A stretch of DNA of 64,000 nt from the human T2T-CHM13v2.0 reference genome, Homo sapiens. Position numbers and translations under genes: made by a program. The notes beneath the pieces were generated by a model. It searched no databases. It had not been told where the DNA came from and saw nothing but the letters and a program-made list of their open reading frames with translations. The stretch lies in NCBI RefSeq assembly GCF_009914755.1, contig NC_060935.1. One strand, written 5' to 3'. Below are positions 1 to 14,699 of this stretch, in pieces (position 1 is the stretch's first letter; each line of letters starts with the position of its first letter).

Positions 1-657
<657 letters not shown>

Positions 658-1814
658 AAGAAGTCTTCAAAAAAAAAAAAAAAACTCTACATAAATTTCA
701 ACTGTTTATATTAAATATCTTCCAAATACTATTCCTTTGATCTCTGACTTTTAAAAATGACAAGATTTCAATCATTCCTGCTCTGCAACCAATTTTTTTA
801 ACTCCCAGTCAATTTTAAACAGATTGTGAAAGTTAATTCTCAGAAGTTTGATTCATTTTCTTTAATCTACATCATCAAGATGACAATTTTGATAATGAGT
901 TTCTTTCATTCCCCCAATAACCCAGTGAGATGATGTAATCAGGCAAAATGAATGATCTAATGACTCAGTCTGTAATACTACCTTACAAAGCTGTGATGAT
1001 TCCAAAGCTCTTAAGTCTGCTGGAGAAATAACAATACCATTTGTCAAATAAAATGATTTATACAGTTTCTGGTATGTACAGTATAAATCACTGTCTAACT
1101 CTGGCACAGTACCCACTTTTGCATCCTGGGTTTTTAACCCTTTTTGGCCCTCTTCACATAAAGAAAAGGAATTTACATTGCTCTTCACTGGACTTGTTTT
1201 TCTCCTCAAAAAGTCCCAAATAGAGCACCAGTCTCTTTCCCCATTTCACAATTAAAGACCTCTTCCAACGCATCTCCTCCAAAACATAGAACCCTGACAA
1301 CTAACTTTCATCTGTTCTCATTAGTGAATTTACCCTTGTGAAGATAGAAGTCATTAAAAACTCATATCAATAGTTTATTTTTCTGTCAATACTGACAGTC
1401 TATTTCCCTGTTGACCAGGCACATTCCTAATTAGTTGCCCTCTCTCCATTTACAATTCCATTTTCAGTTCTCACCAGTGGCTTTCATTTGGCGTGGGCTA
1501 TATTTGATCCACAAGGGGCCTGATGGTAGGTCATGTTCTATCATTATTCCCAGCCAATCTTAAAAAAGATAAAAAGGAATCTCTCAAGTCTCTCAATCTG
1601 TGGTTTACAGGATGAATCTTTAAAATTATAAATATGCACATATAAAAATATATTTACAAATAGAAAAATAAAAACAAATGCAAAGATTTAATTTAGAGTC
1701 TTTTGGTTTCAGTTTCATTTCAAGCATCTTCTTTCCCATAAATTTCTAAATGTTAAATTCTGAGAAAATGTAGTTACAATTGAATATTCATTACATTCAT
1801 TAAAGTTCATGTAG

Positions 1815-2136
<322 letters not shown>

Positions 2137-2559
2137 AAAGCCACCTCTTTATGTGGGCTAACAGAAGTCTATTTAACTTAAAAATTAAATCAGAGTAATT
2201 TCAACAAATGGCTACTGAACACCCGCTACTTAACAGGTCCTGGAATGTTTAGGGACAAATAAGGAACAGTTTCTGCCTTCAAGGAATTGAAAGGCTATTG
2301 GGAGAGAAGAAACCATAACTACACATAATTTAAATTAGATTGGAAAAGTACACACAAAAAATTTTTTTAAGGCTATGGCAACAGAGGTGGCAACTGGGAA
2401 CCACTGGGAAAAGTTTCAAAGAGCTGACCTGACAAAAAGAAAGTAGTGCCTCAACTGGAATGACTAAAATAGAATGGGGAAGAGAGACAAATGAGATGAG
2501 GTGTGGCTATGATACTGGGTAAGTGAGAGCATATTTTGGGAGACCAGGCTGAAGCTTAA

Positions 2560-3320
2560 GATAATAATACTAGCTAATATTTATTGAGCACCTACTATGT
2601 ACCAAGTACTATAAATGCACTTTATAGATATTAACTTACTTGATATTCACAATAACCCTATGAGGAATGTGCTAAAACCTTGAAATCCATAAAAAATAAA
2701 GAGGACCAAATTCTGTCCCACTCCAACCACACTTATTGTAAAAGCAGTTAACAGGTATCTTATCTACCTCTTCTCTCACTGATTCCTAGGCCATCCTTCA
2801 AGGCCTAGCTTGAAAACTACATTCTCTGCAAAACCTTTCTTGATCCTCCCAGCTGAACATAGTCTCCTAAGCTTGATAGCATTTTATCTGTGTCAATCTT
2901 ATGGCATGTCCGAATATTTTGTTCTTGGTATTATAGATTTTATGTGCATTCTTTCCTCTTTTTTATTCTCCTTTAGTCTGATCCACATTCTGTTCTCCAC
3001 AACTCCTAGGGCAGTGCCTGGCACATACTAATGCTAGCTAAGTCTATGGAGCACTTATCTTTGCCGGGCACTGTGCTAAGCATTTTACAGGAATTATCTC
3101 ACAGAATCCTAATGGCAACCCAATTCACACATTCAAGGGCTATTTTTAGTCCTTACTGTGACAGACAAAATAGTAAATACTAGATGCACCTTAAACTCTA
3201 AACACTACAGATACAGTCCCTTCCCTCAAGAAGCTCAGTCTAAAGAAGTTAGTACTATTGGAATCCCCAGATATAGAGATGAGGAAAAGTGAGGCTCAAA
3301 GAAGTAATATGTTTGCCCAG
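2560..3320. mobile_element. Degenerate MIR/L2 fragments
   Basis: atttattgagcacctactatgt, cagtgcctggcacata, gatgaggaaa..gaggctca motifs. Confidence 0.55.
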
Positions 3321-3347
3321 AACCACAGAGCAAAAAAGTGGCAGAGA

Positions 3348-3510
3348 GCCTGGGCAACATAGGGAGACCCTGTCTCTACGAAACATTTAAAAAATTTGCA
3401 GGGCGTGGTGGCTGAAGAAGAGGATCGCTTGAGCCCAGGAGGTCGAGGCTGCAGTGAGCCGAGATCGTGCCACTGCACTTCAGCCTGGCTGACAGGGTGA
3501 TACCCTCGTT
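3348..3510 (+). mobile_element. Partial Alu (right arm/monomer)
   Basis: gcctgggcaacatag...gaggctgcagtgagccgagatcgtgccactgcac. Confidence 0.8.
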
Positions 3511-3522
3511 TCTTTATTAAAC

Positions 3523-3631
3523 AAAAAAGAAGAAGAAGGAAGAAGGAAGAAGAGGAAGAAGAGGAAGAGGAAGGAGGAGGAGGAGGAAGAAGAAGAAGGA
3601 GAAGGAGAAGGAGAAGGAGAAGGAGAAGAAA
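3523..3631. repeat. 109-nt pure-purine (GAA/GGA/GAAGGA)n tract
   Basis: Only A and G from 3523 to 3631, directly after an Alu tail. Confidence 0.95.
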
Positions 3632-4559
3632 TGGAAAAAAAAAGATGGCAGAGCCAGAATTCAAACCAGCTCTCCCGAGTGGATATACAGGACCCCATGC
3701 ACGTATAACCACTATGTTCTAAAGGAGGCACTTGATAAACCCTTATTGAAGGAAATGTTTTGGAATACCAATAAAATGAAAAAAAAATCATCTCAAGAAT
3801 AATGTAGGGTTTCACTCACTGTTATTCTTTTTTATAAGGGGAAAGCAGGAAATTTGCAAAAGTTAAGTAGCATAGAAGGAGGTCGTATTGGTCGGCTACT
3901 ACTCACCTGGTACCTGATAATTGCTCATCAAGCCATCTGTTGAGACTAGGTGAGGATGGAGTTTCTCTCCTTTTTCATGAACCACAGAGGAGACTTAAAG
4001 GAGGATTTATTTGTGTTCCTTAAAGTGACCCCCACTGAGCGTGTCCCTCAAAGTGGACCTTCCTAAGCATCGGCGCTTTGCTTTGCGCTGGGTGGTGCGG
4101 CTGAGTCACTAATTAGCAGTGAGAGCCTGGGCTGTATCTCCTACCAAATAACCAGCGGAGTGGAGTGACAGGTCCTTACTTAAACATGGTTTAAGTAAGC
4201 ATTCACAGTTCCTTACTTAAACATGGTGCAGTCTTCCTAAAAGATGGAGTCAGACCCCAAGAGAACAGGTCTCCAAAAATATGTGAATCCGTACTTCCCA
4301 CTGGAGGGGAGAGAGAGCTGCGCTGAGGGATTATGAGAGACCCTACAACTTCTCAGGCGCCCCCTGCCCCGGGGGCCAGGAACATCTGCAGACAGCCCCG
4401 CCTCCGTCTCGCCTCAATCCCGAGCTGTTCCCTTCTCCAAAGGCCACCTTGGCAGCCACACAGTTTGGCCTAATCACCTCCTCAAACAAGAGTAGCGACA
4501 CCCCAAAATGTAGACCAAGCAGAAAGAGGCGCGGGAGGCACTTGCCTTATTCCCCATGA

Positions 4560-4770
4560 TGTTTTTGTTTTGAGACGAAGTCTTCCTCTGTCGCCCAGGC
4601 TGGAGTGCAGTGGCGCGATCTCGTCTCACTGCAACCTCCGCTTCCCGGGTTCAAGCGATCCTCCCACCTCGACCCTCCCGAGTACCTGGGACTACAGATG
4701 CGCGCCACCACTCCTCCTACTGTGTGTGTGTGTGGACACGGGTTGTCGCTATGTTGCCTACCTAGCTGGT
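4560..4770 (-). mobile_element. Antisense Alu (right arm plus altered linker)
   Basis: gagacg...gtcgcccaggctggagtgcagtggcgcgatct; the linker region is converted into a tandem repeat. Confidence 0.8.
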
Positions 4771-4868
4771 ACCCCATAACCACTCCTGGCTAGTGTGTGT
4801 GTGTGTGTGTGTGGACACGGGTTGTCGCTATGTTGCCTACCTAGCTGGTACCCCATAACCACTCCTGG

Positions 4869-4908
<40 letters not shown>

Positions 4909-4952
4909 TACACGGGTTCTCGCTATGTTGCCTACCTAGCTGGTACCCCATA
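4707..4952. repeat. 3-copy minisatellite with nested (GT)n (about 7, 10 and 18 units)
   Basis: Unit accactcct..cta-(GT)n-..acacgggtt.tcgctatgttgcctacctagctggtaccccata starts at 4707, 4779 and 4858. Confidence 0.95.
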
Positions 4953-5319
4953 ATTTTTTAGCTCAACAGGAGACCTGCCTTTATACCCACCAAGTTAAGC
5001 AGCGCAGTAGCCCTCTAAGGGCCAGCCCCACGCCCAGAGGCTCCTCTGACAGCGTGGACAGATGCCCTGGGCTGCTGGCTCGACTCAGTCCTCAGCCCCC
5101 AGCCCCCGACCCCCGACCCCCGACCCCCGGCCCCCAGCGCCCGGCGCCCCGCCTCCAGCGCTCAGCAGTTAACCAGGCAACTCGCGCGCAGACGCCAAGG
5201 CTGGGACGCAGAAGGCGTGTTTGGCCGCCCAGCCGCCCCGCCTCCCCCCCTTCTCCCGCCTCTCCCGCCTCTCCCGCCTTCCGCCAATGGCCCAGCTGCG
5301 CCGGCGCCGCCGGGAGCGC

Positions 5320-5379
5320 TAGGCCTGGTCCCTCTTCCTAGGATAGCGTTGCGCGCATGCGCCTTGACGAGTGAGCCGG
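5320..5379 (+). other. AKIP1: AKIP1 non-coding exon 1 (start approximate)
   Basis: Donor CGG|GTGAGG at 5379/5380 upstream of the acceptor ctcag|G at 5599/5600. Confidence 0.6.
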
Positions 5380-5605
5380 GTGAGGGGGCTCCCTAAGTAG
5401 CGGAAGGGGTAGATGAAAATGGAAGGGGCGGGCGCGCTAGGCCTAGTCCTGGCTGGGCTCCCGCTGGAGTGTGCGTTGGGGGCGGACCAGGAGCGGTGGT
5501 CTCCAGGGAGGTCGAGGCTGGGGCTCCCACCCGGATTTGGAGCAGGGTCGCCGCGGCCCAGCTGACCCGCCGGCGTTTGTACGTTGTGTGCCCACTCAGG
5601 GAGCC

Positions 5606-5827
5606 ATGGACAACTGTTTGGCGGCCGCAGCGCTGAATGGGGTGGACCGACGTTCCCTGCAGCGTTCAGCAAGGCTGGCTCTAGAAGTGCTGGAGAGGGC
5701 CAAGAGGAGGGCGGTGGACTGGCATGCCCTGGAGCGTCCCAAAGGCTGCATGGGGGTCCTTGCCCGGGAGGCGCCCCACCTAGAGAAACAGCCGGCAGCC
5801 GGCCCGCAGCGCGTTCTCCCGGGAGAG
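5606..5827 (+). CDS. AKIP1: A-kinase interacting protein 1, coding exon 1 (aa 1-74)
   Basis: Kozak gccATGG; MDNCLAAAALNGVDRRSLQRSARLALEVLERAKRR...; donor GAG|GTGAGG. Confidence 0.96.
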
Positions 5828-6070
5828 GTGAGGGTCGCTGTGCCGGGGGCCGCCCCAGTCCTTCGCGCCGCGGTAGCCCGCTGGGAGCCAGGGGTGCGCA
5901 GCGCAGAAGCAGCTGAGGAAACCTTCCCTTAGCGGAAGCTGGAAAGGATCAGAACAATGAATGGAAAAGTCCTTTCAAAACGCTTTACATTTGACAGATT
6001 CTTGTTGGGTAGCTGTAGAATAACGGTAGTGTTCAGCCCTGGTTGGTTACTTAAAAAAAAAAAAAAAAAA

Positions 6071-6454
<384 letters not shown>

Positions 6455-6607
6455 TTAGAGGTGGAATTCTTTCTCAATAACATCGTTCTTTCTGACATAA
6501 ACTTGCAGAGCCTTTCCAAAAGTAAAAAGGAGACTATTTCCAAAATGGCTTCATTCTCCAGTAGGGAATCCTAGAGCTAACCTGTGACGTGCCATTTATT
6601 CAAATAG

Positions 6608-6688
6608 AGAGAAGAGAGACCCCCAACCCTTAGTGCTTCCTTCAGAACAATGGCTGAATTCATGGACTATACTTCAAGTCAGTGTGGG
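6608..6688 (+). CDS. AKIP1: AKIP1 coding exon 2 (81 nt, REERPPTLSASFRTMAEFMDYTSSQCG)
   Basis: tag|AGA ... GGG|gtaagt; phase 0-0. Confidence 0.93.
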
Positions 6689-7005
6689 GTAAGTTGGTGT
6701 GAACCAAAGCTATGCCCCATCACCTGCTGATGGACCACATTTGGATCTTTCTGGAATTTACGGAGAATCTGGACACTACCTGTTTCTCCTGCCCAGCCTT
6801 CACGGTCAGATTGTAATCAGTCAAGGACTTAAACCAGGGGGTAAATCCAAGTTAGAATTCACCCAATAAATGTTTATTGAATGCCTAACCCTGTAGCTGA
6901 CAATATAGCAATGAAAAGTCAGAAAAGGTCTTCTGCCCTCAGTGATCTTTCAGTCTAGTGGGGGGAAAATAGCTTATTTGCCGAATTTCATAGCAAATAA
7001 GTTAA

Positions 7006-7675
<670 letters not shown>

Positions 7676-8985
7676 TGAGGGCAGGCCAGAAAACATTCAA
7701 GGAAATTACCTGCATGGAAGGCACTGTCTTCTAGGAATTACAGCAGGCTCTGGCCTCATGCAGTCTTAACACTTGGTGAGTCCTCCATGGTTTTAAGGAG
7801 GCTGATCCACAAAGGAGATGGAAGAGAATACCTTGTTTCTGCCCTGCTTTTCAGTTTCATATGTTAAGATCTCAAAAAACTCTAATCTTTCTACATCTTT
7901 TATAAGAATCCCTGACTCCAAGAATAGGATTCCAACCAAAGAGGAATACTTCAGGGAATATTTTTATCTTATTTGTGTTGTTCAGTGGTTTTACAAAAAT
8001 CAATAGCCTCAACTCTACTGTAAAGTGATTAAACCCTTGGTTCATGGTTCAGCAAAAGGAATAATATTTGTCTTTGGTTTGAGGTTTAGCAAATTGCTGT
8101 TCTTCATTTTTGTTTTCAGTTCATGCTTCAGTTCAAGTCTCTGTTATGAAATGGAGCCTCAGAACCTCTTGGCTTTCTAGAGATAGAATTAAGAATTGTG
8201 TACTGGGTTTGTCTCCACAGTTTGAAGCAGCCACTAAAACACATCTTTAGGTCTGTGTCCTCAAGTGCTTTCCCCAGCTTCTCGTTCTTCTGGTCACATG
8301 TTTTTTAGACAGTGTGCCTACCCTGTTCAAAACAAGCAGGGCTGTGATGTCATTAGTCATTATCAAGGGCAAGTCTAAGGCTAACTTTGAGGGGGAGGAA
8401 GGAAGCAGACAAGAGAAATGTAACTGTTTTCCGATCTTTCGGAAGATTCTTCTTAAATTAGAGACTTCTCCCTCCACTCCCCCACGCGCAGGAAGCACAG
8501 AGAAAAGGGCTGCAGAGCAGCTCTTGGGTTTGTTTCATTTCCTGCTGTGTTTCTAAATCTCAGGAAAATGTACCCCTCTCTTCCCGTGTCCTGGTCTGAG
8601 ACTTAGACAATAAACATGGAACCGTTCATCCACATTTTTTAGGGGAGGAAATGAAAGGATATGTGCATTGGACATGGGGGCAAAGATGTGAAATTTGTTT
8701 AACCTGGCAGAGAGCATGGTCCTGCCCACCTTTAGTTAGCCAGCGTTCTTGCCCTATGGAGGCAGCAGGTGGCAGCACGGGGATGCCAAATGCATTTCTT
8801 TCTCTGCAGCCACTTTGGGTGGGCTAAGGTTTGTTGCATGACTTCAGAGGCCTGTCAAGAGGGCAGGTAATTCACCTTTGCTCTCTTGCCTCCCTCCTTA
8901 ACTGCACTTTGCCCAAATATCAGGGTTTTTTGAAAATTTGACAAGACAATTTGGTTAGCTAACATCTTTGACATTACGTCTCTAG

Positions 8986-9090
8986 AAATATTATTCATCT
9001 GTGCCAGAGGAAGGAGGGGCAACCCATGTCTATCGTTATCACAGAGGCGAGTCGAAGCTGCACATGTGCTTGGACATAGGGAATGGTCAG
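8986..9090 (+). CDS. AKIP1: AKIP1 coding exon 3 (105 nt, KYYSSVPEEGG...DIGNGQ)
   Basis: ctag|AAA ... CAG|gtaagt; phase 0-0. Confidence 0.95.
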
Positions 9091-9507
9091 GTAAGTGTAC
9101 TCAACTGTCCTGCACCATGCCTTCAGTCTACCAAGATATGACACCCTATATTCAAGAGCCCCTGCTAGACTTTGTGTCACTGGATGCCCGTGTGACTTGG
9201 CATTACAGTGCTTAACAGAAATGTGTAAATTCATAGCCTTAGAGAACTTACAGCAATGAACATGAAATAGGAGGTTGTCAAAAATATAAGATTGATGCCA
9301 CTGTAGGATCTTTAGTTGAACCTGCAGTCCTGGGCCATGGGATTCTCCAGCAGGTTTAAAGAAAAGAGCTTCCAAGCCTGGAATGTGGTGTATGCAATGA
9401 TCGCCCCTGTGACTATCCCCTGCATTCTATCCTGGGCAACATAGACCCTTTCTCTAATTTTTTTTTAAAAGAGCTCTAAATATCCTCTTCTACATCTAGG
9501 GATAGGA

Positions 9508-9737
9508 TTTTTTTTTCTTTTTTTTTTTTTTTTTTTTTTTTGAGACAGGGTCTTACTCTGTCACCCAGGCTAGAGTGCAGTGGAGCAATCATGGCTCACT
9601 GCAGCCTTGACTTCCTGGGCAGGTGATCCTCCCACCTGAACCTCCCAAGTAGCTGGGACTACAGGCACATGCCACCACACCCAGCTAATTTTTAATGTTT
9701 TTAATAGAGATGGGGTTTTGCTATGTTGCCCAGGCTG
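9508..9737 (-). mobile_element. Truncated AluJ-like
   Basis: Poly-T plus Alu body ending at gttgcccaggctg. Confidence 0.8.
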
Positions 9738-9775
9738 GGGGAAAAGATTTTTAATAATTACATTTTTTACTATAA

Positions 9776-10476
<701 letters not shown>

Positions 10477-11446
10477 TAACAAAATACTTTTTGTAAAGGT
10501 AATAACAGTTACGGGCCTCTCACTACAAACTTACCTTTTACCACATGTCATTCTGGGGAAGCCAAAGATTCTGCTTATTGAACTGATTCAAAGGAGGAGG
10601 TGGTGGTGGTGGTTTCTGAGGAGACTAGGTTTTTGCTTTTGTTTTAACCTACCCTACTTGTTCTCAAAGATAGCAAACTGAAGTCCAGAGTCTATTCCAG
10701 AGTCTAAGTTGGATTCCTGACTTCTTTGGTCTGTCAGCCATTTTGGGGTGTTAGAGGGAGGAAGTTTAGGAAAAGGATGGGAGAGTGGGCACAGGGACAT
10801 GAGCAAGGGCTGAGTGCACACTCGAAGCACCTCCCACATGCCTCCCCTGGCCTGGGAGGTGAGTAGTGGTGCCAGAGCTTGAGTCCTGAGCCCCCTTTTC
10901 TGGCCTAGCCTGAACTCTTACCTAAACGCACCTGACCCTAAAGGGTGCACTTAGGTACATGTGGGGAAGAGTCGTTCCCATCTCTCCCTTTAAAATGTAA
11001 GTTCCCTCTAAGGGAAATTGGCTTTATCAGTCAGCCTGTTCCCTTCTAGGACCACCCCCACTCCTAGAAGAAGCACAGAAGAGAATGTATTGAGAGCCTA
11101 AGTGCCACTTTTGCACTTTAAATTTTCCCTGCAATCCAAGAGTGCCATGTTACAGACTGGAAAACCAAGGTTCAAGAGAAGTTAATCTGTCTTAGTAAAT
11201 AGCAGAGATAGGACTTAAACTCAGGCGTGGCTGATTCCAAAGCCCATGTAAGGATGAAAATTATAGTAAATACCTGACTAAAAATACCTCACAGAATTCA
11301 CTTAAAAATGCCTTAATGACTTAGATGACAACTTAGAAAAAGCTGACAGAACAATTACTAACTCCTAATAAGGTAGAAGAGAACTTCTCTTTACAATCCG
11401 AAAGTGAAAGCTTGGGCACAAATCAGTGTTCTACTTGTCTCTTCAG

Positions 11447-11527
11447 AGAAAAGACAGAAAAAAGACATCCCTTGGTCCTGGAGGCAGCTATCAAATATCA
11501 GAGCATGCTCCAGAGGCATCCCAGCCT
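11447..11527 (+). CDS. AKIP1: AKIP1 coding exon 4 (81 nt, RKDRKKTSLGPGGSYQISEHAPEASQP)
   Basis: ttcag|AGA ... CCT|gtgagt; phase 0-0. Confidence 0.93.
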
Positions 11528-13496
11528 GTGAGTACGGAACTGCTTACGCACTGGGTTTCACCACCGTTGCAACTCCATGAACCAGTTGACATGGTTCTTA
11601 GAGGGCTATTTGAATTGAGTCTATAGTATTTTTAAGTTGAGATGTTCTTACACTTAAGAAGGGCACACAAGATTTTGGTTCAGTGTAAAATTAGGTTTTC
11701 TTGGTATTCTTCCTTCACTCTAAGCTTCAGGGATACTCTTTGTGCCTGAACTCATAGTTGTGGTTGGAAAGAATGTGAAGTATTCACCTCTCAGTTCCTA
11801 CAGCTCAGCTGGGCTGGCACTGGGTCCTGCTGGAATTCCACCATCTGTTCAAGCAGCAGGAGGGGCACGATCCTCCTGCTAACAAAGTGAAAACCATTGC
11901 TGAAATTCCGAAACATACACATTTGGTGAGATCAGGTTCCAAAACATTTGAAGGCATTTGTTCTTATTTTCCACAAATGTTTCTCTGTAAAAACATATAA
12001 TGAGTTTTTCATTTTTAGGATAAAGTACTCATTAGGTCATGAAGCCAGGGGATCCTTTTTGGAACTTGGAAGGGCTAGAATTCTGAGGAAAGGAACTTCA
12101 TTCAGCATGGTGCCGCAATACATTTACTTTTTGTTTGTATACGGTTTGCTACGAGTCAGGATTTGGAGTATACTAGAGTTAGTGACAATTAAGAATATTC
12201 TGCTTCTAGTACAAATATAAGTTGTTAAGGCTTAGACGCCTCTCAACACTTGCTGACTTTTGGTAATGCTGATGTTCCACCGTGTTGGAGTTCTACAGCC
12301 ACATGCCAACCTTACCTCTATGTTTCCTTGTGTGCAAATGAAGCATCCTTGGCTTTCTGCAATTCTGATATAACCATATTTTCTAAAAGTGACTTTTATT
12401 TACATGGTTGACAACCAATAAATAGTTAATGACATTGTCATACACATTTACGTCAGTTAAAGGATGGTAGACTTCCAATTTCGCAGTAACTGGACAGGCG
12501 TGAAAGAATACAACATAAAACAGCTTTGGAAAAAATTGGCTTCAAATCCATCTGCAAGGTAGGAGGAAGAGGGGAAATTTCATAAAAATGTAAACATGAT
12601 CATTTATTCCTCTGAGTGCAATTTGCTGGCCAGTAGTTTGGCTTTTCCTGTGTGTGGTAGTGGAATCGACAACTTCTGCCTATGGCCCCTTCTCAGCATT
12701 AAGCAAGCTTGTAATGGCATCCCAGGTGTCACTCTGGCCCTTAATTACAGGCTCTCTTCTGGTTTGTGACTTTGTCCTTTTACCATTTGAACTGAGACCC
12801 ATCCTCTGCCTGCACACCTGATGTAATCTACCAGCCATGAGTGAAGTCTACCCTTGGAAGACTGATTGTGCTCAGTTCGGCTCTAAATAAAATCTTTCCA
12901 TTAACTCTGGCTTCCAGTGTTTTGTACTCTGGGAGAACCAGTCCTCCAAGGGAGAGTTTTGTCAGCCAGCTGAATTGCTGCTTCAGTGACAAAATGGAAT
13001 TCACTCAAATTGTTCTGAGCTTTAGGACAAAAGAAATGCCTGTCATCTTCCTGATAGTGAACTTAGCAAAGCACCGTTTAAAAGAATGGCTCTCATCACT
13101 CCCGAGTACCTTGTCATTACTGCTCATCTGTGCTAAGTGCCACTGTCTACTTCTGATCCCCAAAACAGTGGCCTCTAGCCTTTCCTTCTGCCTAACTCCA
13201 AGTAGAGTGTTCTTTTTATAATCCTTCATGTTCATATAACACTTTAGCATTTACAGAGTGTTTTCACATGCTTATTTGTGAGGTATTATCACAGTGCTAG
13301 AAATAAGGAAAGGCTGAGACCTACCAAAATGACAGTGTTGTACGTGAGCAGGCTGAGCCTTGAAAGCAGGACCTCTGTCTCCCACATTAGCGCTTCATTC
13401 CATCACACCTCTGCAAGGACAGGTAGCCTGCTGGGGGGCCATGGTGGCACTGGGGTATAAAATCTCTAAACTGCTAATATCCTCTTTTCCTTCTAG

Positions 13497-13640
13497 GCTG
13501 AGAACATCTCTAAGGACCTCTACATAGAAGTATATCCAGGGACCTATTCTGTCACTGTGGGCTCAAATGACTTAACCAAGAAGACTCATGTGGTAGCAGT
13601 TGATTCTGGACAAAGCGTGGACCTGGTCTTCCCTGTGTGA
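13497..13640 (+). CDS. AKIP1: AKIP1 last coding exon (AENISKDLYIEVYPG...DLVFPV*)
   Basis: ttctag|GCT; TGA at 13638-13640; exons sum to 74+27+35+27+47 = 210 aa. Confidence 0.96.
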   Translation, partial: AENISKDLYIEVYPGTYSVTVGSNDLTKKTHVVAVDSGQSVDLVFPV

Positions 13641-13685
13641 TGTTGACCATCACTGCCATCACATCACCTTTTTTTAAGTAGTAAG

Positions 13686-13691
13686 AATAAA
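13686..13691 (+). terminator. AKIP1: AKIP1 proximal poly(A) signal
   Basis: AATAAA 45 nt after the stop. Confidence 0.7.
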
Positions 13692-13715
13692 GCCACTGTA
13701 TGATTCTCTTAATAG

Positions 13716-14096
<381 letters not shown>

Positions 14097-14217
14097 TCAG
14101 TGCCTTTTTTAACTTGAGGGTGTAGAGGTCCTCCACGCTTGTTTGCCTGAAAGTAATATAATGATGCTGTCTGAACAGGTTTTACTGCTTGCTTTCCAAG
14201 TAAAGGTTAATTATGAT

Positions 14218-14223
14218 AATAAA
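14218..14223 (+). terminator. AKIP1: AKIP1 distal poly(A) signal
   Basis: AATAAA. Confidence 0.7.
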
Positions 14224-14234
14224 GAGATTTGGAA

Positions 14235-14610
14235 ATGAAGAGAATTCATTTTTATTAAGAGGTGAAACAAAATGTCACTCATGTACAACTAGGCTTTATG
14301 GGAAGGTGGCAGAGTGGCTGTGGACACATTTGCCCAAAGCAGGCTGACCCCCTCTTCCACGGAAGAGGCATCTTAAAGCAGTTTCACCAGGGCCCTGGCA
14401 GGGAGCCCCAGGGCAGGATCCCACATTCCTATAGCCCTCACAACAGGTGCCTTCCTGCTGCTTATCTGCAGGGAGGTCTTCGTGGGGTGGAGATACTGGT
14501 GGTTATTTGACTGTTACCTGTGGCCTGTCCTCTGCCTCCTTCCGTTGAAGAAGGCCTTGTCAGCCACTCTGTATAACTCTCCTCGAATATTTACCATGTT
14601 TATTCTTTAC
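14235..14610 (-). other. C11orf16: C11orf16 non-coding terminal exon (3' end approximate)
   Basis: Acceptor ttcccccttttatag|G at 14611/14610; matching donor CTAG|gtaaag at 15454/15453. Confidence 0.7.
14251..14256 (-). terminator. C11orf16: C11orf16 poly(A) signal
   Basis: TTTATT on + = AATAAA on -. Confidence 0.7.
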
Positions 14611-14699
14611 CTATAAAAGGGGGAAAAATTCCATACATTGTTATGCTGACTGCAATTTTAAGAATCAAAAGTCACTGATTTTAAAAAGTCATTGATTGT

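Larger units (their letters stand above)
5060..5960. promoter_or_regulatory. CpG island; bidirectional promoter of AKIP1 (+) and probably DENND2B/ST5 (-)
   Basis: High GC/CpG; CCAAT 5284-5288; NRF1 palindrome GCGCATGCGC 5353-5362; 3x TCTCCCGCC 5252-5278; GC boxes. The DENND2B assignment is from recalled locus organisation; no DENND2B coding exon is in the window. Confidence 0.8.

Noticed and set aside
3296-3815. Poly-Leu/Pro/Ser ORFs
   Set aside because: Translations of the purine microsatellite plus Alu
3901-3910. Perfect minus-strand donor CAG|GTGAGT at 3907/3906 as a DENND2B 5' exon end
   Set aside because: Plausible, but the exon start cannot be fixed from sequence alone, so it is not called
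4707-4952. Repeat-spacer pattern reminiscent of a CRISPR array
   Set aside because: Eukaryotic Alu-derived minisatellite; the spacers are just (GT)n and there are no cas genes
5471-5932. 153-aa ORF as a single-exon protein
   Set aside because: AKIP1 coding exon 1 plus intronic read-through with a non-ATG start
11528-11626. Open frame continuing past the AKIP1 donor (alternative C-terminus)
   Set aside because: 32 codons of intron read-through is within chance and no adjacent poly(A) signal supports it
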